DNA of 64,000 bases from Candidatus Micrarchaeaceae archaeon. GTDB taxonomy: Archaea; Micrarchaeota; Micrarchaeia; Micrarchaeales; CABMGC01. The position numbers and the translations under genes were made by a program. A model generated the notes under the pieces. The model had not been told where the DNA came from. It saw nothing but the letters and a program-made list of their open reading frames with translations, and searched no databases. Positions 39,966 to 49,677 of this stretch are shown piece after piece (positions within the stretch are counted from its first letter, which is position 1; the number at the start of each line of letters is the position of its first letter). Location: the NCBI GenBank assembly GCA_038878295.1, contig JAVZVY010000001.1, positions 1 to 64,000 on the forward strand. The letters are read 5' to 3'.

Positions 39966-41438
39966 CTAGTCGGTATTTATCTTTATGTTCTCCTTTATTG
40001 TGTTCTCGATTTGATCATCCTTGGCGCCTATGCTTACCTTTGCCATCAGGGCGAGATACTTGGTAAGGCCTACCTCTATGCCTTCCGGCGTTTCCGAAGG
40101 GCATATCTTGCCCCACTGCGTGCCATGCACGTCCCTTGCCTTGAAATGAGGATGCTTCTTCGCGAGCGGCGACTTTACGCGCCTTATGTGCGTTATCGCG
40201 CTTATGAGGTTTGTTGTTTCGAGCACTTGGGATACGCCAGTCTGGCCCGTGGGCCACGTGCCGGTGCCCATTGCGTAGAGTATCTTTTCCGTTATGGTAT
40301 CTGGGCTTATTATGGTTTGCAGATTTAGGCGCCTGCCCCTCGCACTGGTCCTTTCTATCTGGTATTTGACATCCTTTACAAAAAACTTGAAAGCGTATGC
40401 GAACAGCTCCTCCATGAGCACTCCAGAAAGCTTTATGCGCTTGTTTGCGTAGTGGTCTTTGTCGTCTTGCCTCAAGTATTTGTTAGCGACAAGCGAGGCT
40501 TTCTTGGCCATCTCCACTAGGTATTTTGCCTTCTGCTTCCTCAGCTCAGGCGAGGTGCCGATGTGTGGAAGCAAGTACGTGTCTATTTGGGTCTCTATGC
40601 GCTTGAGCTGGTATTCTTTGGCTTGACCTGGCGCGGCAGCCTGCCCAAGAGCGAGCAATGCCTCGCTCGGCCCAATGTTGTTTGCATCGCTGGTCTCGAA
40701 GTTTATGATTATGTCATTTGCCACGGCTTGCACATCAGAAGCTAGGCTTATGGCCTCTTTTTCCTGCATGCCCAGAGCCCTAAGAAGAAGCGCAAACTGG
40801 ATGTTTTTTGCAGAAGTCGGAAAGTTCACATAGAACATACCGTGCTGGTTGCGCGTAACCGTGCACCTGGCCCTAAAACTCGGGCTTGTCGAAAAAACCT
40901 TGCTAACAACTTCCGTGCCGCCACTTTCTTTTGTTGTTATTATCCTGTTTGGTGCCAGGTCCTCGAGGCCTATGAGCACGCGCTCTGTGCCCTTGATTAT
41001 GAAATAGCCTCCTGGATCGTCAGGATCTTCGTTGTCTTCTATAAGGCGCTCTCTCGGCATGCCTTTTGTGTTGCAGAGGTCGCTTTTTACCATTATTGGA
41101 AGCTCGCCGACAAAAACCTCGCCGTACGCATCCGCCTTTTCCACGCCGCGTATCACAGGCGTGACGTGTATGAATATCGGTGCTGCATATGTAAGATTGC
41201 GAAGCCTTGCTTCATTCGGCATTATAGTGCGCCTTGAGCTGTCGGCTTCTATGATTGAAGGCTTGTCTAGCCTAACCTTGCCCAGCTTGAGGGAGAAGCC
41301 CTCGACATTAGGCACAATTGTGGCCTGCCTATCAACAATCTCCTGCAAACCAAAATTAATGAACTTGTTGAAGCTGTCTATCTGCTGCTGCACGATAGAT
41401 GTCGTGCTCAGGAAGGATTCTATAAGCTCATTGCTCAT
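39966..41438 (-). CDS. rpoB2: RNA polymerase subunit B'' (Rpo2N)
   Basis: EARLRNLTYAAP, DPGGYFIIKGTERV, DKDHYANKR, ETPEG. Confidence 0.96.
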   Translation of the reverse strand: MSNELIESFLSTTSIVQQQIDSFNKFINFGLQEIVDRQATIVPNVEGFSLKLGKVRLDKPSIIEADSSRRTIMPNEARLRNLTYAAPIFIHVTPVIRGVEKADAYGEVFVGELPIMVKSDLCNTKGMPRERLIEDNEDPDDPGGYFIIKGTERVLIGLEDLAPNRIITTKESGGTEVVSKVFSTSPSFRARCTVTRNQHGMFYVNFPTSAKNIQFALLLRALGMQEKEAISLASDVQAVANDIIINFETSDANNIGPSEALLALGQAAAPGQAKEYQLKRIETQIDTYLLPHIGTSPELRKQKAKYLVEMAKKASLVANKYLRQDDKDHYANKRIKLSGVLMEELFAYAFKFFVKDVKYQIERTSARGRRLNLQTIISPDTITEKILYAMGTGTWPTGQTGVSQVLETTNLISAITHIRRVKSPLAKKHPHFKARDVHGTQWGKICPSETPEGIEVGLTKYLALMAKVSIGAKDDQIENTIKENIKINTD

Positions 41439-41445
41439 GAGACCA

Positions 41446-41673
41446 CTATTCTACAACGACCCTATAAAACTTGTAAGATACGCCGTTGTCGTTCCTGTCT
41501 ATGGCTATTATCTGGCCTGGCTTGGCATTTAGAGCCAGAGCTTGGGGATCGCTCGCAAGTATCTTTGGCAGCTTGTCTATAGTGGTGTTGAGCTCTTTGA
41601 GGACTTGTTTTGCAGCGGCGTCGCTAAGGAGTTCATGCCTTGGCAAGAGGACATGCTCTTTCTTTCCGCTCAA
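41446..41673 (-). CDS. rpoH: RNA polymerase subunit H (Rpo5)
   Basis: HVLLPRHELL, LPKILASDP, YRVVV. TTG start with a GGTGG SD. Confidence 0.93.
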   Translation of the reverse strand: MSGKKEHVLLPRHELLSDAAAKQVLKELNTTIDKLPKILASDPQALALNAKPGQIIAIDRNDNGVSYKFYRVVVE

Positions 41674-41815
41674 ACATCCACCTAAAACAAGCATTAATGC
41701 TAACTCAACGCGCACTGTAGGCTGGTTGTAATAATATGCATAGAAATGTATTTAAAGTTTTTTATGTATGTGAAACTGCCAGTATTTCTGCGTTTGCCTT
41801 GAAGAGCTTGAGAAG

Positions 41816-42334
41816 TCATTTTGTCTTTATCGGCACCAGCACCTTGCCTCTATTGATCACGCACTTCCTCGATGCAGAGCTGATTGAGTAGTATATGAAG
41901 AACAAATTGAGCAGTATAAGAGCTGCGAATATGTATGATTGGTATGATGAAACTGCTGACATAAATGAGCTTACCGCTATCGTATTAAGCCCTATATCGT
42001 AAAGGAGCGGCGCGAGCAACGGCGCTGTGCAACCGCAACTTGCGAAGAGGCTGCCGACCGATGCTGAGACGGCGCTCCACGCGCCTGTAGAGGCGCCCAC
42101 ATATGGCATTATCGAGTTTTTTATTGAGTAAACAGCAATTGTTAGTAGCACAGCCGAGGTCACAACAAGCGCGTAAATGAGGTACCATGGTAGCTTCACG
42201 AAGAGAATGTTGCCGCTGAGACCCATTAGATATATGAAAAGGAGATAATATCCAACGGCAAAAACCACTGTAAGTGCTGCATAAAATGGCGATAGGAATA
42301 TGCTCTTTGCCAAATACGTTTTGCTTATTGCCAT
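41816..42334 (-). CDS. Membrane protein with an intramembrane CGC motif
   Basis: Four to five TM segments, ASCGCTAPL motif; lies 12 nt downstream of the DUF929 gene. Confidence 0.75.
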   Translation of the reverse strand: MAISKTYLAKSIFLSPFYAALTVVFAVGYYLLFIYLMGLSGNILFVKLPWYLIYALVVTSAVLLTIAVYSIKNSIMPYVGASTGAWSAVSASVGSLFASCGCTAPLLAPLLYDIGLNTIAVSSFMSAVSSYQSYIFAALILLNLFFIYYSISSASRKCVINRGKVLVPIKTK

Positions 42335-42346
42335 CGCAATTACTTG

Positions 42347-43459
42347 CTAGTAGCCGTTTGAGACTTCTATTTGCTTTATAGCAGGCAGGCTGCAGACAGG
42401 CGCGGTGTTGTTTATGCTGCCGCATATCATAGCAACGTATAGATCGGCTGCGGCGTATTCTGTCCATGCGAACTGGTCATTTGGATGCGCGAGCTGGCTC
42501 AGCACCTGTTCATGAGTCATGTAGGTAAGCGGAAGGCTCTGCCCGTTTATAGGTGTCGAGTTGCCGAAATCCACAGCATCGGCGCCGCCGACATTATAAG
42601 CGCCCCATATCGTGTATGGAGTGCCTTGGAATGTGTTGAGCTGCAGTATGAACTTGATTGCATCCATGTATGCCAGGTTGCCTGTTGAATTTATCTCTTG
42701 CTGGATTATGTTCAGCGGTTGGAGGTTGAAGCCGCCGGTTATTGGATCGGTATCCTCAAGGGTGATGAAGTTTATGTATTTGCTGTTGTAGAAATTGCCA
42801 AGGTCTATTGAGGATTGGTTGTAGTGAGCCGGAGCCCAGTAAAGCGTTGGAAGATCGCCGTCACCGAACGAGCTGTAGCCTTTGAAGAGCTCAGTAAAGT
42901 TGCCGAACCTTGAAAGCGCTAGAGCCATGGCCCACCTGTTCTCGCCGCAGAATATGCATGTTATGGAACCTAGGTATATCACGCTGGGCTTTCCGTTAAC
43001 TACGAACATTGGAACCTTGGTAGCAGAAGCGCCAACGCTGTTGTTGAGCTTGCTGCTTAGGTACATTTCTCCTGCGGTTTCGAAATACGAATCCGACGCG
43101 TTGTTTATTATCGCAAGTTCAGTGCTGTTTAGAGGCGCATTTATATTGGTAAGCCTGCTGCCGAAAGGCTGTTGCTGGCTGATTATAGGATCTGCCGCGA
43201 GGCTGAGTGGCGGCGTTATGAGTGGCGAATTTATGTTGTATCCAGATACGCTTGCTACTGTGGTTGTTACTGGAGCGTGAGTTGTATAGTTCAGCGCGCT
43301 TATCCGGCTGCTAAAATTAAGCACATATGCAATTGAGACTAAAGATGATACTAACGCAGCGACGCCTATCACAATTGCTGCATAGGTGAGAATTTTGTTC
43401 GATGAGGAAACTGCCTCAAGCTTCTTAACCTCTTTTAGTTCGTTTTCTCTTTCGCTCAT
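42347..43459 (-). CDS. DUF929-family membrane-anchored thioredoxin-like protein
   Basis: N-terminal TM anchor, GKPSVIYLGSITCIFCGENRWAMALALSRFG, C-terminal C...P.C. Confidence 0.8.
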   Translation of the reverse strand: MSERENELKEVKKLEAVSSSNKILTYAAIVIGVAALVSSLVSIAYVLNFSSRISALNYTTHAPVTTTVASVSGYNINSPLITPPLSLAADPIISQQQPFGSRLTNINAPLNSTELAIINNASDSYFETAGEMYLSSKLNNSVGASATKVPMFVVNGKPSVIYLGSITCIFCGENRWAMALALSRFGNFTELFKGYSSFGDGDLPTLYWAPAHYNQSSIDLGNFYNSKYINFITLEDTDPITGGFNLQPLNIIQQEINSTGNLAYMDAIKFILQLNTFQGTPYTIWGAYNVGGADAVDFGNSTPINGQSLPLTYMTHEQVLSQLAHPNDQFAWTEYAAADLYVAMICGSINNTAPVCSLPAIKQIEVSNGY

Positions 43460-43543
43460 TCAATGCACATAGTGATTTCGCACGCTCAGTTATATATTTC
43501 TTATGATTCATTTAGGCATCTGGCATACAAATAAGGCGGTTTT

Positions 43544-44305
43544 TTGTACAAAGCAGCGGAAGGACTTGGCAAGACTACGGAAGCGATAGAGGCGACTGAC
43601 GCCCATTGCCATCTGAACCTTTTCGAAGACAATGCAGAGATAGTGAAAGCTTCCGCAAAGGCTGGCGTAGGCACCATAATAACCGCAGGCAGCGACCTGA
43701 AAAGCAATTTTGACAACGCAAAAATTGCAGAGGGCATGGTGTTTGCAGTTGTTGGTATAGATCCTGAATTTGCGCTTGTGGAGGATTATAGAAGTCTTGA
43801 GGCCATTGAGAAGCTTCTAAAAAGCGGCAACCACATTGTAGGCGTAGGCGAGATAGGCTTGGATTATAAGAAGGCAACGAGCGAATTGCAGAAAGAAAGG
43901 CAGCAGTCGTTTTTCAAGAGGCAACTCGAGATGGCAAAGGATTTTGGCTTGCCTGTGGTGGTGCATTCGCGCGACGCACTTGATGAAGTTCTCGACACCC
44001 TAGAAAGGTTTAATATCAAAAAAGCCATGCTCCATTACTTCGAGGGCGGGCCAGAGCAGGCTGTGAAGGCAGCCAGCAAAGGCTATCTCATTTCAGTGCC
44101 GCCGCTTGCCTCAAGAAAGAGGGATCGTGCCATAAGGAACATAAGCCTTGAGCGCATAGTGGCTGAAACAGACTCGCCTGTTGTTGGGAAGACTCCTGCA
44201 GACGTGCTCATTTCTATAAGAAATATCGCCGAGGCAAAAGGGATAGGCTTTGGAGAAGTCGTAAGCGCGACTACCAGCAATGCGAAAGAGTTTTTTTATA
44301 TATGA
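43544..44305 (+). CDS. tatD: TatD family DNase
   Basis: DAHCHL, GEIGLDY, VVHSRDA, ETDSP. Confidence 0.92.
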   Translation: MYKAAEGLGKTTEAIEATDAHCHLNLFEDNAEIVKASAKAGVGTIITAGSDLKSNFDNAKIAEGMVFAVVGIDPEFALVEDYRSLEAIEKLLKSGNHIVGVGEIGLDYKKATSELQKERQQSFFKRQLEMAKDFGLPVVVHSRDALDEVLDTLERFNIKKAMLHYFEGGPEQAVKAASKGYLISVPPLASRKRDRAIRNISLERIVAETDSPVVGKTPADVLISIRNIAEAKGIGFGEVVSATTSNAKEFFYI

Positions 44306-44323
44306 TAGTCCAATTTAATATTC

Positions 44324-44428
44324 GGGCCCGTAGCTCAGCTTGGACAGAGCAGCAGCCTTCTAAGCTGATGGTCGTGGGTTCAAAGGCTTGTCGCGTATAA
44401 GCTTAGCGTGAAAATCCCGCCGGGCCCG
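44324..44428 (+). tRNA. tRNA-Arg(TCT) with a 30-nt intron in the T-loop (position 59/60; intron 44385-44414)
   Basis: GGGCCCG...CT TCT AA...GTGGGTTCAAA[intron]TCCCGCCGGGCCCG. Removing 44385-44414 restores the T-arm; a UUCA/UGAA central helix is present. Confidence 0.9.
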
Positions 44429-44440
44429 ATAGGTGAGCAT

Positions 44441-44707
44441 ATGAAAGAGGATAAAAACTTCGATGAAACCATATCGCAGATAAAACAGCAGATAAGCCTG
44501 CTGCTGAATGACAACACTGTGCCGAGAAACGTGAAGTCTGCGCTTGAGGAAGCTTCGGCTGCGCTTGATGGAAAGGAGGGATACGCGGCGCGCGTCTCCA
44601 CAGCTACATACAAAATAGACGAAGTGAGCAATGACATAAACTTGCCTCCATACGCAAGGACCATCGTTTGGAACATACTGAGCATGCTTGAGTCGATAAA
44701 GGAGTGA
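44441..44707 (+). CDS. UPF0147 family protein
   Basis: D.TVPRNV...DEVSNDINLP..ART.VW.I.S.LE. ATG 44441 has a GGTGAG SD. Confidence 0.9.
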   Translation: MKEDKNFDETISQIKQQISLLLNDNTVPRNVKSALEEASAALDGKEGYAARVSTATYKIDEVSNDINLPPYARTIVWNILSMLESIKE

Positions 44708-44708
44708 C

Positions 44709-46223
44709 ATGGGGGAAAACGACAAGGACATTGTGGCTGAGCTTGCCGAAAGGCTCAGCGGCAGGGTGATTGTAAGCGCGGGCATAGACAGGGAACTCTT
44801 CAAAGGCCATGACATAGAGTCGCTAACCGCCAGAATCATAGCCTATTTCGGCGATAGTGACAGCATCAAAATACTCGACAACAATTCCCTCGCGGAGATT
44901 CTGAGCAGGATGAAAGAAGAAAAGACGCCGGTGCCGATAGAGGTGCTGCCTTCGAGCGAGTTCAAACCTGTCGCGAAGGATGTGGCAAGCGATTTCAAAA
45001 TAAGGAGCAAGGAGCCAGAAAAAACATCAAGCAGTTCAGATGCTTTCAGGGACTATTTTAGGAGCAGGTTTTCGAAGATTGCGGCAATAATTGACAAGAA
45101 TGGCAGTGTCATGACGAATGGCATGATAAACAGCATAGCCAACATTAAAAACTATGCGAATGGCAGGGAGATAACAATATTCGGCATGGTTTACGACAAG
45201 GTCGCTACAAAAAATGGGCACATACTTATCACGCTCGAAGACGAGAGCGGCACCGCCAAGGTTCTCTTTCCGAGAAGCGAGAGCGGCCCCGGAAAGGAAA
45301 CGTTCAATGCTGCTAACAGGATCATATTGGATGATATAATAGTAGTAAAGGGCAAGATATCCGGGTCTTTGCTTATAGCCTCGTCTGTGGTGTGGCCCGA
45401 TATGCCTATACACAGGGTCGCGCCCACAGAAGAAGACATAGCAATAGCGTTTATATCGGATACGCATGTTGGCAGCAAGCTGTTCCTCGAAAAGCAGTTT
45501 GACAATCTGCTGAAATGGCTCAACGGCAGAATAGATTACAAAAGAAATCTTGCGGGCAAGATAAAATATATAGTCATAAGCGGCGACCTTGTAGACGGCA
45601 TAGGAGTATATCCAAACCAGGAGAAAGAGCTGACCACGCCAGACATATACAAGCAGTATTCGATGTTCTTTGGCCTGCTTGAGGCCATTCCAGAATACGT
45701 GCATGTTTTTGTGCTTCCGGGAAACCACGACGCTGTGCAGCGCTCTGAGCCGCAGCCTGAGCTTCCGAAGGAATTCGTAAGCAACATGAGAGGCAATATG
45801 CACATACTGCAAAATCCGAGCAACATCTCGCTTCACGGCGTAAAGGTGCTCGCTTACCACGGCGCTTCCCTAGATTCGATAATACAGTCTGTTCCGCAAT
45901 GCAGCTACGCAAAGCCCGAAACCGCCATGGCCGAGCTTCTCAGAAGGAGGCATCTTTCGCCAATATACGGAGGCAACATAATTACTCCTACAAAGGACGA
46001 TGCGCTTGTCATAGACGAAGTGCCAGATATATTCCACGTTGGGCATGTACACAAGAATGCGGTATCTGAGTATCACGGAACTATAATGATAAACAGTGGC
46101 ACGTGGCAGGCCCGCACAGCTTTCCAAGTAAAGCAGGGGCACATACCGTCGCCGGCTCTGCTTCCTGTATACGAAACCAAAAGCCAGAATGTGAGCATCG
46201 TGGATTTCAATTCGGTATCGTGA
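44709..46223 (+). CDS. DNA polymerase D small (exonuclease) subunit DP1
   Basis: OB fold plus calcineurin-like motifs SDTHVGS, GDLVDG, PGNHD, YHG, GHVH. Confidence 0.95.
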   Translation: MGENDKDIVAELAERLSGRVIVSAGIDRELFKGHDIESLTARIIAYFGDSDSIKILDNNSLAEILSRMKEEKTPVPIEVLPSSEFKPVAKDVASDFKIRSKEPEKTSSSSDAFRDYFRSRFSKIAAIIDKNGSVMTNGMINSIANIKNYANGREITIFGMVYDKVATKNGHILITLEDESGTAKVLFPRSESGPGKETFNAANRIILDDIIVVKGKISGSLLIASSVVWPDMPIHRVAPTEEDIAIAFISDTHVGSKLFLEKQFDNLLKWLNGRIDYKRNLAGKIKYIVISGDLVDGIGVYPNQEKELTTPDIYKQYSMFFGLLEAIPEYVHVFVLPGNHDAVQRSEPQPELPKEFVSNMRGNMHILQNPSNISLHGVKVLAYHGASLDSIIQSVPQCSYAKPETAMAELLRRRHLSPIYGGNIITPTKDDALVIDEVPDIFHVGHVHKNAVSEYHGTIMINSGTWQARTAFQVKQGHIPSPALLPVYETKSQNVSIVDFNSVS

Positions 46224-46227
46224 TGCG

Positions 46228-49200
46228 ATGGATGTTGATGAATACTTCGAAGGGCTCTCAAGGGAATTCGATAAGGCGTACAAGATAGCCGAGAAAGCTA
46301 GGAAAAAGGGAATAGACCCTAATTCCAAAGTTGAGATAGAGGTGGCTCCTGATCTTGCGAGCAGGGTCGCGGGCATCATAGGCATAAAGGAGCTTAAGGA
46401 TATCATAACAGGCAAGCAGCGCAATCAAACCCAATCGGAGCTCGCATTCGATGTTGTTAAAGAGATATGTACAGGCAGCCTGTTCGAAGGCTATGACACG
46501 CTGAAGAGAATAGAGTTGGCAATCAGAACAGGCCTCGCGATACTCACGGAAGGCGTGCTTGTGGCGCCAACAGAGGGCATATACGAAGTCAACATGTACA
46601 AAAACGCTGACAATTCAAACTATGTCGCGATAAAATTTGCAGGGCCTATAAGGGGAGCTGGCGGAACAGCCGCTGCACTATCTGTGGCCCTCGCTGATTA
46701 TGCCAGGAAGTTCTTCAACATAGGCAGCTACAAGGCTACTGAGGAAGAGATAGAGAGATATGTCGAAGAGGTTGAGCTATATGATATGAGGCTCGCAAGG
46801 CTACAGTACAAGCCGCCTGAAGACGATGTAAGGGTGATTGTGAAAAATTGCCCGATATGCATAGATGGTATTCCATCGCGCGAGGCTGAGATAAGCGTAC
46901 ACAGAGACGTCAAAAGAATTACGCTTGATGGAAAAATCGAGAGACTGACAAACAGCGTTAGGAACGGCATGCCGCTGGTGCTGTGCGAGGGCATAGCGCA
47001 GAAGGCTAAGAAAGTGCTTAAGGAGGTGAAGTATGCGGGCCTCGATTGGAGTTGGCTAAACAACATAATAAAAATAGAGAAGATAGGAAAGAGCGACGGC
47101 ACTGAGAAAAGGGATGTTTTTCTTGAGGAGCTTGTAGCAGGAAGGCCAATTCTTGCTTATCCGAGGCTCAATGGCGGCTTCAGGCTTAGGTACGGCAGAA
47201 GCAGGCTTACCGGCATTGCAGCCAAGGGCTTCAATCCGGCGACAATGATTATACTTGATAGTTTCATAGCTATAGGCACACAGCTCAAAGTTGAGCTTCC
47301 CGGAAAAGGCTGCGTTGCAACGCCCGTCGATTCTATAGAGGGGCCTTTCGTGAAGCTTAAAAGCGGCGAAGCGCTTCGCATCAACAGCGCTGAGCTTGCA
47401 AGAAAACTCAAGGACGAAGTAGTTGAAGTGCTATCGCTTGGCGACATCCTTATAACTTATGGAGATTTTAAAAAATCCAACACGCCATTGCAGCCTTCCA
47501 GCTATGTCGAGGAATTTTGGGAGGAGGAGCTTGAGAGCAAAGGTGGGCATGCCGATGCGAAGAAAGTAACATTTGATTCTGCGTATGCGCTTTCTTTCGA
47601 ATTTGGAGTGCCGCTACACCCAGCATATACCTTTGAGTTCCAAAATTCTACAAAGGAGGATTTGGAGTATGCAGCGAAGGCCATAGCAAGAAGTGCAAAA
47701 ATCACGTACTCTGGAAGCGAAACACTTTTCGGAGTAGAAAAGATGCTCGTTGAAAACGATGAAAGAATAAAGAGAACATTCGAGCTGATAAACCTGCCGC
47801 ACAAGATTGAAGAAAACTCTATAGCAATTTATGGCGATTACGCAAAGGCGCTCTTGGCTTCGTTAGGATTTGCATCAGGAAAGGAAGGTTCTTTGCAGAT
47901 AAACGAGCTCACCCTCGACAAATATCAGAATGACGCTAAAGATGCGCTTGAATTTGTGAATGACGTTTCACCGGTAAGGATTGCCAAGCGCTCCACGTTC
48001 ATAGGAGCCAGGATAGGCAGGCCGGAAAAGGCCGGAGAGAGGCTGATGAAGCCAGCACCCAATGTGCTTTATCCGATAGGCAGTTATGGAGGCAAAGAAA
48101 GGAACATATCAAAGGCTTACGCAATATACTCAAAGAGGCTCGAGGAGCCAGCTCTGAAAATAGAGATTGCAAATTACAAATGCCCGAAATGCAAGAGGAT
48201 GATAGGCACAAGTTACTGTTACGATTGTAATGAGAAGGCTGTTATAGAAAGGGTCTGCCCGAAGTGCGGCTTCCGTACCACAGAGGAGACATGCCCTAGA
48301 TGTGGCGCCGAAACGGTTGCGTATTCAGAGCATGACATAGACGTCATAAAAATGATAAGCGACGCTATGAAAAGGCTGGGCATTGCAAAATTGCCAGAAG
48401 GCGTCAAAGGCGTCAAAGGCATGACAAACGAATTGAAAGTTGCGGAGCCAATAGAAAAGGGCATATTGAGGAGGCTCCACAATGTCCATATATTCAAGGA
48501 TGGCACTGCAAGATTTGATGCTACGGATGTGCCAGTAACGCATGTATACCCTAGGGAGATTGGCACAAGCGTTGAGAAGCTTAGGGAACTTGGCTATGAT
48601 AAAGACTACACTGGTGCGGAGCTTGTGAGCGACGACCAGCTTATCGAGCTAAGGCATCAGGATGTGATAATAAATAGAAGAGGCGCTGAATTCTTGCTGA
48701 ACGTATCGAGGGCGGTAGACGACATGCTTGAGAGGATTTATGGATTGGAACCCTTCTACAAGGCTGCTACAATAAACGACCTTATCGGCCATCTTGCCAT
48801 CTCGTTGTCGCCGCATACATCGGCCGGCGTATTGAATAGGATTATAGGTTTTACAGACGCGAATGTTGGTTTTGCGCATCCTTATACTATTTCGGCGAGG
48901 AGGCGAAACTGCGATGGCGATGAAGATACTATAATGCTCCTCCTTGACGCTCTGATTAATTTCTCTAGAAGCTATCTGCCGAAAACTACAGGCGGCACGA
49001 TGGACACGCCGCTTATACTTACACTGCATGTGCACCCTGAAGAGGTAGATGATGAGGTACACGCAATGGAGGTTGTGGGCAAGTATCCGCTCGAATTCTA
49101 TTACAAGACTTTGGAGTATGAATCGCCATCAAATGTTGAGATGGAGCTTGTAGGCGACAGGCTAAAGAGTCCGAAGATTTTCAGCGGGCTCGCTTTCACG

Positions 49201-49677
49201 CATGAATCTTCGGTCAACGCCATAGAGGATTCACCGAAAAAAAGCGAATACACGCTGCTTAAAAGCATGAAAGAAAAGATAGAAAGGCAATTCGAGCTGA
49301 CAGACAAGATATATGCTGTAGACAAGAGGGACGCTGCTAAGAAGCTCATTGTGAGCCACTTCATACCGGACCTTATAGGCAACCTGCACAAGTTTTCGAA
49401 GCAGACCTTCAGGTGCAGCAATTGCAATGCGAAATACAGGCGCGTGCCCCTTAGCGGCAAATGCACGAAGTGCGGCGGCAGGCTGCTCCTCACCGTATCT
49501 AAGGGCGGTATAGAAAAATATCTTGACACAGCGATAGAACTTGCTGATAGATACGACCTTGAGGTATACATAAAGCAGAGGCTTAATCTCGTTAAGGAGG
49601 AAATCAATGCGACATTTGAAGGCGCTTCTGATAACAATGAAGTACAGGGCCAATTCAACCTCAGCAGATTTATGTGA
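46228..49677 (+). CDS. polC: DNA polymerase D large subunit DP2
   Basis: FAGPIRGAGGT, GGFRLRYGRSR, GARIGRPEKA, catalytic RRNCDGDED, C-terminal Zn finger; no intein. Confidence 0.97.
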   Translation: MDVDEYFEGLSREFDKAYKIAEKARKKGIDPNSKVEIEVAPDLASRVAGIIGIKELKDIITGKQRNQTQSELAFDVVKEICTGSLFEGYDTLKRIELAIRTGLAILTEGVLVAPTEGIYEVNMYKNADNSNYVAIKFAGPIRGAGGTAAALSVALADYARKFFNIGSYKATEEEIERYVEEVELYDMRLARLQYKPPEDDVRVIVKNCPICIDGIPSREAEISVHRDVKRITLDGKIERLTNSVRNGMPLVLCEGIAQKAKKVLKEVKYAGLDWSWLNNIIKIEKIGKSDGTEKRDVFLEELVAGRPILAYPRLNGGFRLRYGRSRLTGIAAKGFNPATMIILDSFIAIGTQLKVELPGKGCVATPVDSIEGPFVKLKSGEALRINSAELARKLKDEVVEVLSLGDILITYGDFKKSNTPLQPSSYVEEFWEEELESKGGHADAKKVTFDSAYALSFEFGVPLHPAYTFEFQNSTKEDLEYAAKAIARSAKITYSGSETLFGVEKMLVENDERIKRTFELINLPHKIEENSIAIYGDYAKALLASLGFASGKEGSLQINELTLDKYQNDAKDALEFVNDVSPVRIAKRSTFIGARIGRPEKAGERLMKPAPNVLYPIGSYGGKERNISKAYAIYSKRLEEPALKIEIANYKCPKCKRMIGTSYCYDCNEKAVIERVCPKCGFRTTEETCPRCGAETVAYSEHDIDVIKMISDAMKRLGIAKLPEGVKGVKGMTNELKVAEPIEKGILRRLHNVHIFKDGTARFDATDVPVTHVYPREIGTSVEKLRELGYDKDYTGAELVSDDQLIELRHQDVIINRRGAEFLLNVSRAVDDMLERIYGLEPFYKAATINDLIGHLAISLSPHTSAGVLNRIIGFTDANVGFAHPYTISARRRNCDGDEDTIMLLLDALINFSRSYLPKTTGGTMDTPLILTLHVHPEEVDDEVHAMEVVGKYPLEFYYKTLEYESPSNVEMELVGDRLKSPKIFSGLAFTHESSVNAIEDSPKKSEYTLLKSMKEKIERQFELTDKIYAVDKRDAAKKLIVSHFIPDLIGNLHKFSKQTFRCSNCNAKYRRVPLSGKCTKCGGRLLLTVSKGGIEKYLDTAIELADRYDLEVYIKQRLNLVKEEINATFEGASDNNEVQGQFNLSRFM

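Noticed and set aside
9211..49677. Inteins in PolB, NrdJ, MCM, RNAP or DP2
   Set aside because: Protein lengths are normal and the conserved motifs are uninterrupted.
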